Assembly: GCF_964355755.1 (NCBI RefSeq)
Contig: NC_092674.1
Coordinates: forward strand, 27,156,001 to 27,220,000
Source of the DNA: Antedon mediterranea
Taxonomy: Eukaryota > Animalia > Echinodermata
DNA length: 64,000 nucleotides
Reading direction: 5' to 3'
Shown: positions 1 through 13,700 of the stretch, piece after piece
How the letters are laid out: every line of letters begins with the position of its first letter
How positions within the stretch are numbered: position 1 is the first letter of the stretch
The notes under the pieces: model-generated
Seen by the model: only the letters and a program-made list of their open reading frames with translations
Databases searched by the model: none
Told to the model about the DNA's origin: nothing
Program-made: the position numbers and the translations under genes

Positions 1-678
1 CATTGTTTGTGTTCCCACTTATGATTGTAAAGATGAGTTCACCATTAGCTCCTTCATCTGCATCCGTGGCAGTTACCTCAAGGAATTCCACACCTACTGG
101 CAGACTTTCTGACACTGTGACATGAGGAGAGTCAACCAGGAACACTGGTGGATTATCGTTGCTATCAGTGATCTCAACAGCAATGTTCATTGAAGAACTC
201 TGCACTGGTTGCCCTTTATCGCTGGCAATCACCATCAATGTATATTGTGCGATGCTCTCTCTGTCCAGCTGTCCCCACACTTGCAGGTTTCCATCTGCAT
301 CTAAACGGAAGGCATCACCAGGAACCGGAGACATACTATAACTGACATAACTATTCTCTGTCGCATCTGGATCTGTGGCACGAATGACCATGATAACGGA
401 ACCAATGATGGTGTTTTCTGGAACTGAAATTTCATCCAGATTTGTGAATTGTGGAGCGTTGTCATTGATATCACTAAGAAGGATCGACACCTGTGCAGTA
501 CCAGATCTTGCCATTGAGGCATCACTTGGTTGATCAGTGGCAGTGACAGCGAGGTTGTAGAAAGCCTTAGACTCCCTGTCAAGCTGTTTGTTAGTATAAA
601 TATATCCTTCATCATTCACAGTAAAAAGGTTACCAGAATTACCAGATGTAATGGAGTATTTTATCATGGCATTATCAC
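1..678 (-). CDS. FAT4: FAT4 coding exon 4, truncated by the window edge (GDNAMIKYSITSGNS...LDRESKAFYNL...SDINDNAPQF...LDRES...DSNDNPPVF...)
   Basis: Acceptor TTTATTTTTAG ends at 679; phase 1 matches exon 3. An open cadherin-repeat frame continues to position 1. Confidence 0.9.
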
Positions 679-1224
679 CTAAAAATAAAAAGGATATCAA
701 ATGTTGTTAACACATAAATAAAAGACTATGGTATTCTAAAATTAGTACAAAAAACAGATGTCATTAAATTACGATTTCAATTCCACAGAAAATCAAGGGT
801 CAACTTTATAAAATTGTATTTATATGAGATCACAAGCATTCCAATAGCAAAAATTATACGCAAGATTTGATTCGGAATGATTTGGAAAAATCTCAAGTAC
901 TTTGCTCCCAAAGTATAGGTACAATAAATACCACCAACAGTTACCTATTCAAGCTACCTTATGTAATTTCTATCGAGGATACGAACGGATCGATTTACCT
1001 CGACAAAAGAAATAATAACAAAGATCAGGCTAAGTACTAATTGTACTTAAGGAATATTAAAAGCCCCACTTGATATAAAAGGGTACATATTCCTAACCTT
1101 AGGGTATAATTTTACACATAAGTACAATATAATATTTGATTATGATGCATTAGAGCAATACTATTATAATTTTAGGACCCTGGGATTGCATCACTATCCG
1201 GGCCCAGACATATTGTTTTGTTAA

Positions 1225-1850
1225 AGACCCCTTCCCTGCAATTTTGGACGTTTTTTGGAAAATAATACATATATATCACTTTAAAAACATTAAACCATGT
1301 CATTCCTTGTCTTAAATGTACGTTTTATGGTAAATTATGATAAAAAGTGAGAAACAATGCACTACCTAAGTAGCTCGCGGCGATCGACCTCTCGTGGACG
1401 GTCTTAGGCCTAGCCTAGCTAGGCTTAGTTTTGTAGGCCTAGCTGGTAAACATCGGTAACGTACGAACATCGTACGCGAGCTATATACCTAGCCTGACGT
1501 TGTATAGTTGCTGCATTAATTGTCTTTCTATTTTTGCCAGACTCCGTTGATACAAATTGGGGAAAACCCGGTATTTTCGCTGAAAAGTTAGGAGTCTTCC
1601 ATTTGTTTTGGCCTCACGATCGATCGAAAAGTGGGCGAATTACAGGTGAAAAACAAAAATATCAATCCGCGCGCAATGCATTTTGGGATTTATAGCGGGC
1701 CGCTATAATTATTAGAATCGACTTATTTTTCACATTTTTAACCGTTTAAAGACGAAAAAAGTTATCGCAATAGGACCATATAGTATTATTTTTACATTAA
1801 ATATAGTTTGTGATCTTAAATTAGATCTAAAAAACATAGGGAATGGGGCT
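1225..1850. mobile_element. Kolobok-like non-autonomous DNA transposon with TTAA TSD
   Basis: TTAA|AGACCCCTTCCCT ... AGGGAATGGGGCT|TTAA (11/13 inverted match), with a CpG-rich interior. Confidence 0.7.
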
Positions 1851-2365
1851 TTAAGATTTCTCCACACTTCATGCTATAACCAGGAGGAACTAGGCAGGCA
1901 TGCCTACATAAAAATGAAGTTGACATAAATTAATAATTGACAGATATAAGCACTTTCACAGGTTTAGTTTGTATGTATCACAAATGTTATTACTTCTGTG
2001 GTATAAACGTGTTTTTCGTAGGCCCTAAGGTGCTATCAGCAATTGTCATTAGGCTACCAGCATGACCCTACTGGAAAGCCTGCATGCAACTTTAGTCGTA
2101 ACAGAGCCTAGCACTATTCTGCTACTGTTTCGTTGACATATTGAAATCATGTTTATTTTTACAGCCGATTGTATGAATGACAAAAGGAAATACAATTTTA
2201 ATTTCCTGGTGGAATATATTTTGTTTGTTTTATTCTTTGGTAATGTGAATTGACTTGGTTTTATCACCATCATATAAATGATTTAAATTCTAATCATATG
2301 CTATGCATATTTGAATTTCTTAAATAACAATGTCACTTTATCCAGGTTAGCATGTTAAAACTCAC

Positions 2366-2567
2366 CAGAATCAGCATCTTGAGCAGTGACCTGAAGAATC
2401 TGTGTTCCGATTGAAGTATTCTCCAAAACCCATTTTTCATATTGATCAGGTACAAAGAAAGGAGAGTTATCGTTGACATCAAAGACACTGACGTAGACAG
2501 TTGCGGTGGAAGAGCGAGACGTAGAACCTTTATCGTTTGCTTGAACAGTAAGAGCATAATAAGCCCG
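2366..2567 (-). CDS. FAT4: FAT4 coding exon 3 (202 bp; RAYYALTVQANDKG...FDVNDNSPFF...QVTAQDADS)
   Basis: Not in the ORF track; translated by hand. Acceptor TTTCCTCCTAG ends at 2568, donor G|GTGAGT is at 2366/2365. Phase 0 to phase 1, with cadherin motifs. Confidence 0.9.
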
Positions 2568-2825
2568 CTAGGAGGAAAATATTGTGAAATAAATATCTCA
2601 AATAAACAAATATTTGCAAAAATTTCATATCAATAATACTTTAAAATGTTTCAAAAGTTGATTGGTCAAGAGATTTAATGTTACTATTAAATGTTTCAGA
2701 AAAGAAGGGGTGAATGACTGTACCATTTACTAAGGGGTATCTTTCATTCAGAGTCATATATATTCCAAAAAAATATGTAAACGTAGACATAAAATAGTCT
2801 AAGATAATGAAAATAATAAACATAC

Positions 2826-3374
2826 CGATTCATAATCTAGTGTTTCTTTCAGATAAATGACACCAGACTCAGCATTAATCTTAAACAAATCTTCACCAAA
2901 TCCCCCATCTTGAACAATGGAATATTCCACCTCAGCATTGCTTCCTTCATCTTTATCAGTGGCTGATACAATACCAATCTCGGTATCAACGACATCATCT
3001 TCTAGCACATTAAAGGAGTAAATTGGTTCTGAGAATACTGGATCGTTGTCATTGACATCATTAACCTCAATCTCCACCAAAACTCTTGACATCAACGTAC
3101 CATCAGAAGCCTCAACTGAAAATCGATACACCTCTTTAGTCTCACGGTCTAAAGTTGCTGCTGTACGGAGCTCTCCACTTAAGGCATCGATTTGGAAGAG
3201 AGCAGGGTCACCATTGACAATCCTGTAGCTGATGGCACCAGTGCTATCGATGTCAGTGGCAGAGACAGATGTTAAGAGGCTGCCTGAAGATGCATTCTCT
3301 GTGATGGTGACTCGATATGAATCTTTCTCAAATACTGGTGCATTGTCGTTGATATCTGTAACTGTTATCACAAC
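2826..3374 (-). CDS. FAT4: FAT4 coding exon 2 (183 codons; VVITVTDINDNAPVF...KETLDYES)
   Basis: Acceptor CATCTTTAG ends at 3375 and donor TCG|GTATGT is at 2826/2825. Phase 0 at both ends. It directly continues the cadherin repeat broken at 35009 (TRNTQ|VVITVTDINDN). Confidence 0.92.
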
Positions 3375-4235
3375 CTAAAGATGAAACAGTTTACCATTAG
3401 TAAGAGTTTATTTAACAATAGCTCTTTCTTAAAATATCCATTTTACAATCACTCTTAATTTTTCAACAAATTGGATTTAATTTTACTGGTTGTAGCAATT
3501 TAAACAAGGTGTTAAACATCTTTTACTCTGGTCAAAAGGTTCAAACAGATCATTTCAGAATAATTGCGACAAGGCATGCAAGGGTCATTTTATTGTGGAT
3601 GATTAAGAACAAAGGCCAGCATAAAGAATTTAAGCAGCTATAATTTGTGATTTATTAACTCATTTATGACTAATAACTTCAAATTTTCACCTCTGATTTA
3701 GCTTTTTCTAATATAATAAGTCATGTCACTATTAATTTTAGTTATAATTTCTTTTCATTTTATCTGAAACAAGATGCTTTGTATAAACTATTATTTTTAT
3801 CAAAATGGTAGCTACTTTGTAATAGTCGCCAGTGAGAGTCAGAGGCCTACTTTTTACTACCAAATAAAAAAGAGCAATAATTGAATCCCAATGGGCCATG
3901 CACCATAATATAGTTGAAGAAAAGAAATTGTACAAGCTAGCAAGGGAGCAGATTCCTGTGTTTAATGAGCTAATGAAGGATAAATATTAGAATCAGTCCT
4001 CTGAGACAAGATCATAGAAACCGATATAGGTATTGACCTTGCACCCAGCTAGCAAGTTACACACAGATAAACACAAAACTGATTCTTCCTAGAATCAATA
4101 CTTTTACGAAAACACTTTATAGAGAAATTTAAACAACAACATGTTAAAAACAGAATACAGCCTTTTTTTAAATTTGAAATCTGCCAGGAAAAATTATCAG
4201 AAAAAAAGTTATCAATTTTCTATCTATTATTCCTA

Positions 4236-4388
4236 TCACTATTAAACTTTATGTGACATAAGTGTGATGTGCCCATAACAATGGATATGATGATGTCATA
4301 TCACTACCATATTTGAGCATATCACTACCATGTTTGGGAACATCACACCTACCATTCTTGTCAAACTACTTTGACAGTGTAGAGAGCT
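4236..4388. mobile_element. Degenerate copy of the AGCTCTGTCTACAC MITE family
   Basis: ATGTGACATAAGTGTGATGTGCCCATA...TCACTACCATATTTG...TTTGACAGTGTAGAGAGCT. Confidence 0.65.
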
Positions 4389-7300
4389 TTAGAAATGTTA
4401 TCATTTTTATATTGCCATAAAATCAACTTATACTGTATAACAATTGATGAAAAAGCCTCTACAAAAGCTAAACAAATTTACTATGGTTTAACTAACCATA
4501 AACATCTGTCTAATAAACTAATAATTTAAATGTACATATTTAAATATGAATAATAGCACAGTGTAATAAAACAATTTTATGGTAGACTCGTATATTGCAG
4601 CAAAAATCCTAAATTAATCAAACATGTTATCTTTATTATTTCGTTTGTTAAGATTTACTATCCAAAGGGGGCACAAGAATAGGCAAGACAGATTTGAGAA
4701 TATTTACTCAGTTTTTAAAGAGCAAAAATCATTCAATTCTGATCATAAACAACAATGACTTTCACACTACAAAAGGAACATTAAATCAAAAGAAGAATGG
4801 GATTACATCTTTCTATTTTACTTCTGAATTTTAACGAGAAATTCCATTATGTCTGAAAGAAGAAAATATATCAACTTCATGACATTTCCTCCTCAATAAA
4901 AAACTCCAAACCAAAACTTGAATTTTATATGACATCAAACACTATTCAGAGTTCACAAAGTCATGCATGTGTAACAAGACAACACATATTTTCAATAAAA
5001 TACATGAACTTGTACTTGTAAATAGGCCAGATAGAAATGAGAATGTTTTTGAAAATTGAAAGTTAAAGCATAGTATTCGTCTAATTAACTGTCATATTTT
5101 TCATTAATTTCAGCAGGAAAACAACAACAATAACAAAAGTAAAACAAAAATTATTTTGAGTACTTAAAATTTGTTTGAAATGAGAAAAAAAATATAGTAA
5201 TCTTTTACAGAAAAACTTAATAGCCAAAACTACAGATTTACATAAAAATTAAAATTATGAAGAAAACCATTAGCAGCCATGGCAGATGCAAATTAACCTC
5301 CATCTGGACAAAGGTTATAAGAGGATGACCTGAATAACTTTAGGATGAAATAAATTAACCTACAGGATCCCATGTGAACTGGACACTAAAGTGAGATCAT
5401 CTCAGGCCAACATGACACTACATTGAGATGAACGGAGGTCAATAATGACATGCTGAAAGTTGTTTTGTTGATGCTAACTACTTTGCAATGCCCTTTAGTG
5501 CAACTTCTCTGCATCCTATTACCCTACCACCAACATTCTGTTATTTTATTTGTGTTCAACTTGTTTTGTTAACGATGTGGATGTGATTAGGACTTCCTAA
5601 TGCTCACTTTTGTCCATTTTATCTCCATGCCTAATGGTAAACTGTGGATATATTGATTCAACGTTATTAAACAAGTTCTGTTGACAGATTGATGGAACTA
5701 GCTTTTTGATATATGATACTTTAAGACAAGCATGTATTTTAAAAATGTGATTATTTCGGCTCAAATTTGCTTATAAACAATTTACATTAGAACCCCTCCA
5801 GTGCAACACCCCTATTATTCAATTACGGGGACACATTGCTAGGTTCTGAAGGTATCCTCTCAATAGGGTTCTATGTTTGGGATTTCATATGCATACAGTA
5901 TATGTTTTTTTATATATAAGAATAATATGTTAAATCACAACTTACAATAAGTCTATAAACACATTGTCACCAGGAAAATTATTATACTGAAAGATTAATA
6001 ATTGTAAAATATTACTTCCGCTATGGAGATCAAAATATAGAGAAGAAAAAGTCGCCCGGCGACATGATCCAGAAAATTATGATAATAAATTTAAGAGGAA
6101 CACGGTCTATTGTGTTATTTATGATTTAGTTCATCATTTTTATTTATGAGTTCTTTATTTTTTGAATTCATTTATTTTCACACATCAATAATTTTTGTAG
6201 TTTGTAACAAAAAATACTTTTGTAAAAATTACAGTGTGTGATGATTAAACTTCTAGTATATAATGTTTATCAATTAATTTTCGCACAAATTAAAATATAC
6301 AAACGTGTAGAGTCAGAAATATAGGTACTTTATAATATAAGAATTGTAAACATTTAAGGGTGTAAACATTTAGGGTGTAAACATTAAAGTATGTGAGAGT
6401 TGAAAGTATGAATAGTCTCTAACCCAGACCAACTTGTAGACTATTGTTCAATTTTCGGGATCAATAAATCTGATATTGTTGCAATAAACAACATTCTACT
6501 AAAACTTGTGTTTTCTGGATTATTTACAAATCTAGTATTTAACAGGAAATATGTATTCAATAGAATATGTCATCCAATAATAGTATAACGTTATAATTCA
6601 ACTTTTGGTGGTATTTATGATATAATAAATATGTGAACAAGATTGTGTCGGTTTCATTTCATAGTTTATTGAAATTTGTGAGGTCAGTTTTATTTTATTT
6701 ACCTGTACTCTACCTGTGGCACAATACTAGTTTTTTACAAAAATCTTAAAATTTTAAATAATATGGAAGGAAAACGAAAGAAAATATCTTTCTTGCACCA
6801 TTTAAGATGAGATAGAAAATAGAAATTTAAGAAAACAATCAAACGCAACCTACTATATTTATAAGCACCCCCTGTATGGGATAATGAAGAGTTACATAAT
6901 AGATAACAAATTATTTAATTCGCTTCAAGTACAAGTTATTTTTTACCTTTCCAGTCATGCCTTGATGCACAAGTATAAGTGAGCCTAGCACCTTGATTCA
7001 CACGTTTTTGAGGGCCTAGGATTTAGCTTCTAGAGTATGTTAATAACCATACGTATATTAGTAATACTAACAATGGTAAAACCTCAAGGTACTTTCACAA
7101 TACAAGTACTTACTTCTTTAATTAACAAACATACAGTAAGTCTATAAAACACAATGCATGGATAAGGATAGATCAGCTAAAACCTACCCATTATAACATT
7201 CTATTGATTGTAACTGTTTTTAATATACCGACACTTCTGCCATAAAATAGTTGAAGGATTTAAAGCCTGATTCTGCCAATATTTTATTAAATATTGGATA

Positions 7301-8190
7301 AAAATTTTATAGATTGCCAAGATTATATGGCTTATGTAAAAGCTCTGAAAATGCAACAAACACATATAAGTTTTTATTAACCATTTCTGTGCTTTTTAAT
7401 TAAAAATTTGATCTGTATGTAATCTAAAATTTAAACCCACTGGTACATTATAGCAAAACCAATAATCTATCATTTATAAATAATTAAAAAAAAGAAATTT
7501 ATATATAAAATGTGGGTTAAATAGGTTTTATCATGAACCACAAAAATGATGTGTATATTTTTAACTAAATAAACTACTACTAATTGAGAACAAATATTAT
7601 AAAAGGTACTATATCTGAAAAGAAATATTAACCTAGAATTTATATATTTCCCAACTAGAGAAACCGTGAGAAAAACATGGGATTACACAACAGTAACAGA
7701 TTACAATTTACTAAACAATCGTATTACACGATTTTAGACAAAAAAGCATTTCCCAAAAGAAAAGATTTTTAAGTATAAAGATTACAAACCTTCTCAACTT
7801 GACTATGAGATGAAAGATATTGTAATGAACTCCTAAAAGTGCATTATCGCGGGGAGATTTTTTATTTTTAGTATTGATAGAGAGCAGTGAGCGTTTCTAA
7901 GCTGTTTAATCTTGTAAAGTGTAGTGGAATTTAGAAGTCCCTACTTGTATATTTCTGTAGTAATCCTGTTTAAATCGCATTTGTCTGTCTAGATAAACAT
8001 ACAGGGTAAAACCTGTATTGTGGTCAGTCTCATCATGAGGAAATTTGAAAAGGACTTATAGCTCTATTATGAACATAGTCATCACGGTTCCAGCCAGGGT
8101 AGCAACATTTACAATATCCTGGTTTACAATAAAAACTTAAACATTCTATGTGTTTAAACTTCCAAAGATGGATTGTTCAAATAATTCTAC

Positions 8191-8533
8191 TGCAGTTACT
8201 GCAGTAACTAAAATTGTTCACTCTTTAAACATCATGCAAAAACAGGTATTGGTTAATGCAGTTACTGCAGTAACTAAAATTGTTAACTCTTTAAACATCA
8301 TGCAAAAACAGGTATTGGTTATTGCAGTTACTGCAGTAACTAAAATTGTTCACATTTTAAACATCATGCAAAAACAGGTATTGGTTATTGCAGTTACTGC
8401 AGTAACTAAAATTGTTCACTCTTTAAACATCATGCAAAAACAGGTATTGGTTATTGCAGTTACTGCAGTAACTAAAATTGTTCACTCTTTAAACATCATG
8501 CAAAAACAGGTATTGTTTATTGCAGTTACTGCA
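8191..8533. repeat. 66-bp minisatellite, five full copies plus a partial one
   Basis: Unit TGCAGTTACTGCAGTAACTAAAATTGTTCACTCTTTAAACATCATGCAAAAACAGGTATTGGTTA(A/T) starts at 8191, 8257, 8323, 8389, 8455 and 8521. Confidence 0.95.
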
Positions 8534-9688
8534 TCATAAACAAATTAAAATCATAGGTTATTGCAGTAAACAATGTAGTTACTGCAGTAACTGCAGTTAG
8601 AATAATGTTGACATTTTCTCAATTGTACTTTCATTACTCTTCTTGTTATTATGACTGTTTGATAACCTTCTAATTTTAATGAAAGAGTTTCAAATTGTTA
8701 TGTTCTGATTTGGAATTTGCATGTGGTATTCTATGACCAATTCACATTCCGTTAACCTTATTGCTTGGGTGGCCGATGATCTCAGAATCTACCAACTCAA
8801 AAACAAACTGTACTTCCCTTTCTACAGACCATTGTAGCTTTTTAATAGTTACCTTTAATTGGACAAACGATAATGCATTTCCCAGAAGAGATAAATATAA
8901 ACAATGAAATTTGAAAATTGTTTCCAACTAAGAAACTTATCTTTTAATTATAAGAACGATATCAAATTCAGAATTGAACAACTCTTTCTTAAATATGTAT
9001 TATTTTTTGTTATTAAATAACTAAACATTTGTATAATCCTTAAATTTAACTTTAATTACTCAAATTTATACCACTGATATGTTACCAAAACTGTATTTTT
9101 GTGAAAAGAAAGTCATATCAATCATCTATACCAACATTAAAGGCTCCTTAAATAAATGTTATTTTTAACTGTGCAATTATTTAATAAAATAAATATTTGT
9201 AGAATAAATTGAAATACAAATTAAATCTAAACATATTCATAATTGTTGTTAATAGATATGTAATGCCACCAGCTTAACCTAAACATGGTCTAAGTATCGT
9301 AGGCCAGTAGGCACCGCAGGGACGAAGAAGAACGCGGACATCCAAGGTTATATGTAACGTGATTATCCACCGTATTCCAGATCATTATGAGCACAAATAG
9401 AACATGAGTTGGGGGTCTATAACATAAATAAATCTCTTTTAAACACTATTAAATTTTAAGAAAATTTAAATTTTATCTCAACGTTGAATAGCATGACTCA
9501 AGCAGGTTAAAATAACTTGAACAGAGCAAAGAGATACTATCATAAACAAGTGTGGTGTAGGATTGGACCACTTTAAAATTAGAGATGATAGGCCTAGGAA
9601 TTTTCTGAGAGTATGTCGGCTTTCTGAGAGTACAGTATCAGTCCTACAGAACTTCACTTTTCAGTTTATAGATGCGTTTACATTCGAA

Positions 9689-10115
9689 GTACAGTAGAAG
9701 CCCTCTTACGAAATGAACAAGGGACAATATATGTCGGCCAACCCCTATTAAGTAAGGGCGTGTGGCGCAGTGTGTTGGACGTTGGACTACCGATCGTCAG
9801 ACCTAGGTTCGAATCCAACTTTCGCCGCATTGCTTGTATCCGTAGGCAAGATACTTTACTTACGTTGCCTCTCTCCACCCAGGTGTATAAATGGGTACCC
9901 AGTTAGATCTAGACACAACTTTGCGCTGGTTACCGGCTGCATTATGGGAGTATGTTTCCATACGTGTTTGATCCCAAAAAATGCTTGTAAAGCGCCTTTG
10001 AACATGATTACTCATGAAAAGGGCGCTATATAAATGTGGTATTATTATTATTATTATTATTAAAGGGACACCTTGTTGAAACCTGAAACTGTCTCCTTAA
10101 TAAGGGTTCTATTGT
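9689..10115. mobile_element. Tc1/mariner-like MITE (TACAGTAGAA(G/C)CC ... GGGTTCTATTGTA) interrupted by the SINE
   Basis: TA-flanked CAGT-type inverted termini. Related uninterrupted fragments at about 5783-5876, 10347-10408 and 47235-47313 share CTATTAAGGGGACA...TGTCCC..AATAGGG. Confidence 0.55.
9756..10062 (+). mobile_element. tRNA-derived SINE with LINE2-like tail and (ATT)n end
   Basis: A-box-like TGGCGCAGTGTG at about 9763, B box GGTTCGAATCC at 9806-9816, central CTCTCCACCCAGGTGTATAAATGGGTACC, tail GTAAAGCGCCTTTGA...GGCGCTATATAAAT plus (ATT)n. Confidence 0.85.
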
Positions 10116-10424
10116 ACTTGCAGTAGAAAAAAAATCAATGCCATAATACAAATTTGTTTAAACATTCTGCCATTTTTACAACATTAATCACACAACTGAA
10201 TGAAGATGTGATTAAAGAATGCATTTAATTCAGTAATTAATTACAACCTTAAGGTTACTATAGACATTAATTACAGGAGTGCCTATGATTGATGCTAGGG
10301 CCATTAAGTGCATTTTAATAGAACTAATTATCATTCCAATCAATAATACAGCCAACCTCTATTAAGGGGACATTTTGTTGGAGGTGTCCCCTCAATAGGG
10401 GTTGTATATACTAAAATATATTAT

Positions 10425-10735
10425 ATAACGCCTATATAAATTCCTGTCATTTGATTGGACGAATGTGGGTCACATGGCGTGCAATAGTACGCACTATTCA
10501 ACGATCGTTAAATAGTACTTTTTGAAACATTTTTGTGTACGAAAAAAAAACGTCTAGATGTTATATAAAACAAATAATGAATGTTTTGTATTCGTGTAAT
10601 GGTACAAATAATGGCACTTGGTGAATGATGAAAGGTTATATCAACTCGGCTTTGCCTCGTTGATATAACCTTTCATCATTCACCTCGTGCCATTATTTGT
10701 ACCATTGCACTCATAAACATTCATTATTTGTATAC
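10425..10735. mobile_element. Non-autonomous element with a long terminal hairpin (Crypton-like, tentative)
   Basis: Inverted arms of about 75 bp (10570-10731) around CTCGGCTTTGCCTCG, preceded by TTTGATTGG. The class assignment is from memory of similar repeats. Confidence 0.55.
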
Positions 10736-13700
10736 TATTGCACAATCATAAAGCATAGGCAATCATTAGATGCACAGGCTGTATCATACTGTATAACCCC
10801 TAATTGACACAAATTAAGAACAATATGTCCAATTGTTATCCATTCTCACTAACACCCTTTACTTTAATAATATCATTATTATTTTAAACATAACTCATAC
10901 AATGGAGTCTCATACTCATAACCTTAAATGATGACAACCAGTGACATTTTACTTCTAATTATGGAAGTGTCACTGGCATCACTAACAAGCAATGTGGTGG
11001 ACTTCTAGTAGAAGCTGTTAACAAGCATCAATCAAACTATTGATGAGTCTCTTTGACAAGATAATGAGAACAATAGACCTACCAGGAGGAGTAGATTAAA
11101 GATATTAATACGACAAAAGAAAATTATAATAGAGTCTCTATGCATACATAATAATAGCACAGTACTCCAATATTCTTGGATCCATACCACAATCTAGAAC
11201 AGTTTACTTTACAACCAGCTTGATATATTCCAGTATTTCAGTAAATTCCATTAAATTATACTTTAGTTTAGGTATGAATTATATAACCAATGCAGTTATC
11301 AAATTATATATATAATACAGAAATATATTTATTTCAATTAATTCATCAAGGTTATTGGCTATTATATACCAAATTCAGCAATGAGATAATTTGAAATATG
11401 ATTGACAATGTAAATAATTCTAATTTGTCACTATTAATCTAAAACCTGAAATGGAAAGTAGCCTATTTTCAACATATTTTGTACACCCATCAATCAGACT
11501 ACTACTATAGATTCCCATGATTACCTTAATTGTGGGTTGGCTGTAATTAACCATTGTTCTAAAATATTATGTGTCAATTACGAAAGGAATCCACCTATTT
11601 TCCACACAATTTCTATACCCCATTGTTTAATTGACAATGACATTGCTAAAGATCATTTAAGCTTTTATCAATGTAAATAAGTTTTCTAAAGTCATTTGAA
11701 CAAACTGTTTGCTCTATTCATTTCCATGCTGCCTTGTTATGCATGGTTTTTGATAAAAGGGGAAGTAAAATGGCGCAGTAACATTTTCTAGGGAAATTCC
11801 TAACAAACAATTGATAAAGGTGTATAAAACATTCAGTTTCTATGGTCCTATTTATTAACATTGTGAATAATTTGACACCAATTTTTTGGCAGTAGAAACA
11901 GGATAAATTTTCAGCACCAGGTTAAATGGCAGCTTGAAAATAACGGTCAAAACACCCAAACGACATTTAACCAATCATTGCAACTTTTAGCTGCAATGGC
12001 AGTTGCTGACTTTATTAGGATATAAAAAATGAAATGGAAATTCTGTTTTTTACAATAATATACAACATGAAGTTGGAAACAGTTTTTGTTTCTATTATTA
12101 AAAAATACTAGCATTACCTTAATGAACTCCACACCTGGTACTTTAATGGAAAATAGATGTTAAGCACACATTCATTTAGATTCAGTAATATATTTAGTAG
12201 GACTACCATCTTGTTTTGGTCATTAAGAATATTTTTAAGTGAATGACCGACCATTAATTGTACAATATAAATGAAAGAATAGTAAGAGACATACGCCAGC
12301 ATTTGTATTGAAGATGTTAATAATAAAAAGCTTAAAACTTGTTATAAACCAAAAGAATATCGGACTTAAATGGCCGATTCATTGTATTAACCATCTGGCC
12401 CTCTGGGAATCTTAAGCCTAGCCCACTGGAGGGTACCTGTAGCCTTATGAATAGGGTTTATTAGAGGTAAAGAGCAGCCCAATACAATTATAAGTACCTC
12501 TTCAGATTAAACCCTAAACATTCCCACAGATTTTTAGTTGTATTTTTAAAAGTAAACCTTAACAAAGAAAGAGAGTTTTAAACTTTCATCTACTATATTT
12601 TTACAAAAACTTCTTTTATTTTAAAATTCCATTCTGAAAATCAGAATTTTGGGCAAGTACTACTGTGTCCAGTTATGGAACAAGTAACTCTATTTATAAA
12701 ATAAGACTGGTACTATTGTGTTATATTCTAATATATTGTACCCACAGTACAGTGGATTTATTCAAAAATTGTCACGACATAGGAAATATAGAAAAACCAA
12801 ATGATAACCCCTATGATTAAAAGATCAATCCAAACCTAGTTTAATCAATAATCTACTGTTCCAAAAACCATCATCACAAAAGGTATGGTGTACTTTTTAT
12901 CTATCAATATGAATGGTACGGCAAACTGGACAAAAGCTTGTTCTGACGCAGATTAGGAAATTGAAGAATAATACTCTATCTTACATAGTTGACAAGGATT
13001 AAATGCTTTACCTACATGTACAGAAACTAAAAATAATGTTTTGCAAAGTTCAGGGAATAAAGTGATTAACGTTAAAAGTAAATATTACATAATATTCATT
13101 TTATTAGAAAGCATGGATGACTGGACTAAAACTCTCTGAATCTGAATGATATGTAGGCTTTTACACTAGAGACTAGCATAAAAAGTGATGGTAAATAGGC
13201 CAAAAAGCTCACGATGATATTGTGCAATTCTGTGGAAGAACCACACTAAATCCGGAACCTGCTTGTACAGTACCACTTTACAGATGTCTAGATCTCAGTG
13301 TAGACAATTATCAGATAGGCTAATCTAAAAGGCAGACAAGGCTAGTGAAGAGCAGTGCAAAGTGCTTACTGTGTTAGCCCATTAGTAAAAGCTTGGCGCC
13401 GCTGAGAGTACTACCAATGAACATAAAGTGTTTTGAGGGCTTGAAATGAATAGATATATTTATAAGGGTAATTGCAGGTGAAACATTGAATTACTACTGT
13501 GACATTAACTATTAATAATTTTATTGTAACATATCTTTAAGTATGAAACTAGGTCATAGATACAAGCTGAGAGGATCAATTATTTAAAATAAAAATACTT
13601 TTATTTTCGAGGCTATAAATTCAAAGCGGCCAAATAATTATAGAACTATAGACCTAACTGAAATTTGTCAACTGTTTAAGTATACTTCTGGGAAAATGTT

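Noticed and set aside
8150-8539. 129-aa repetitive ORF, or a possible CRISPR array
   Set aside because: It is the translation of a 66-bp tandem repeat with no unique spacers and no cas genes, in a eukaryotic intron.
9756-9830. tRNA gene
   Set aside because: A and B boxes are present but continue into a SINE body and tail; there is no convincing cloverleaf or T-run terminator.
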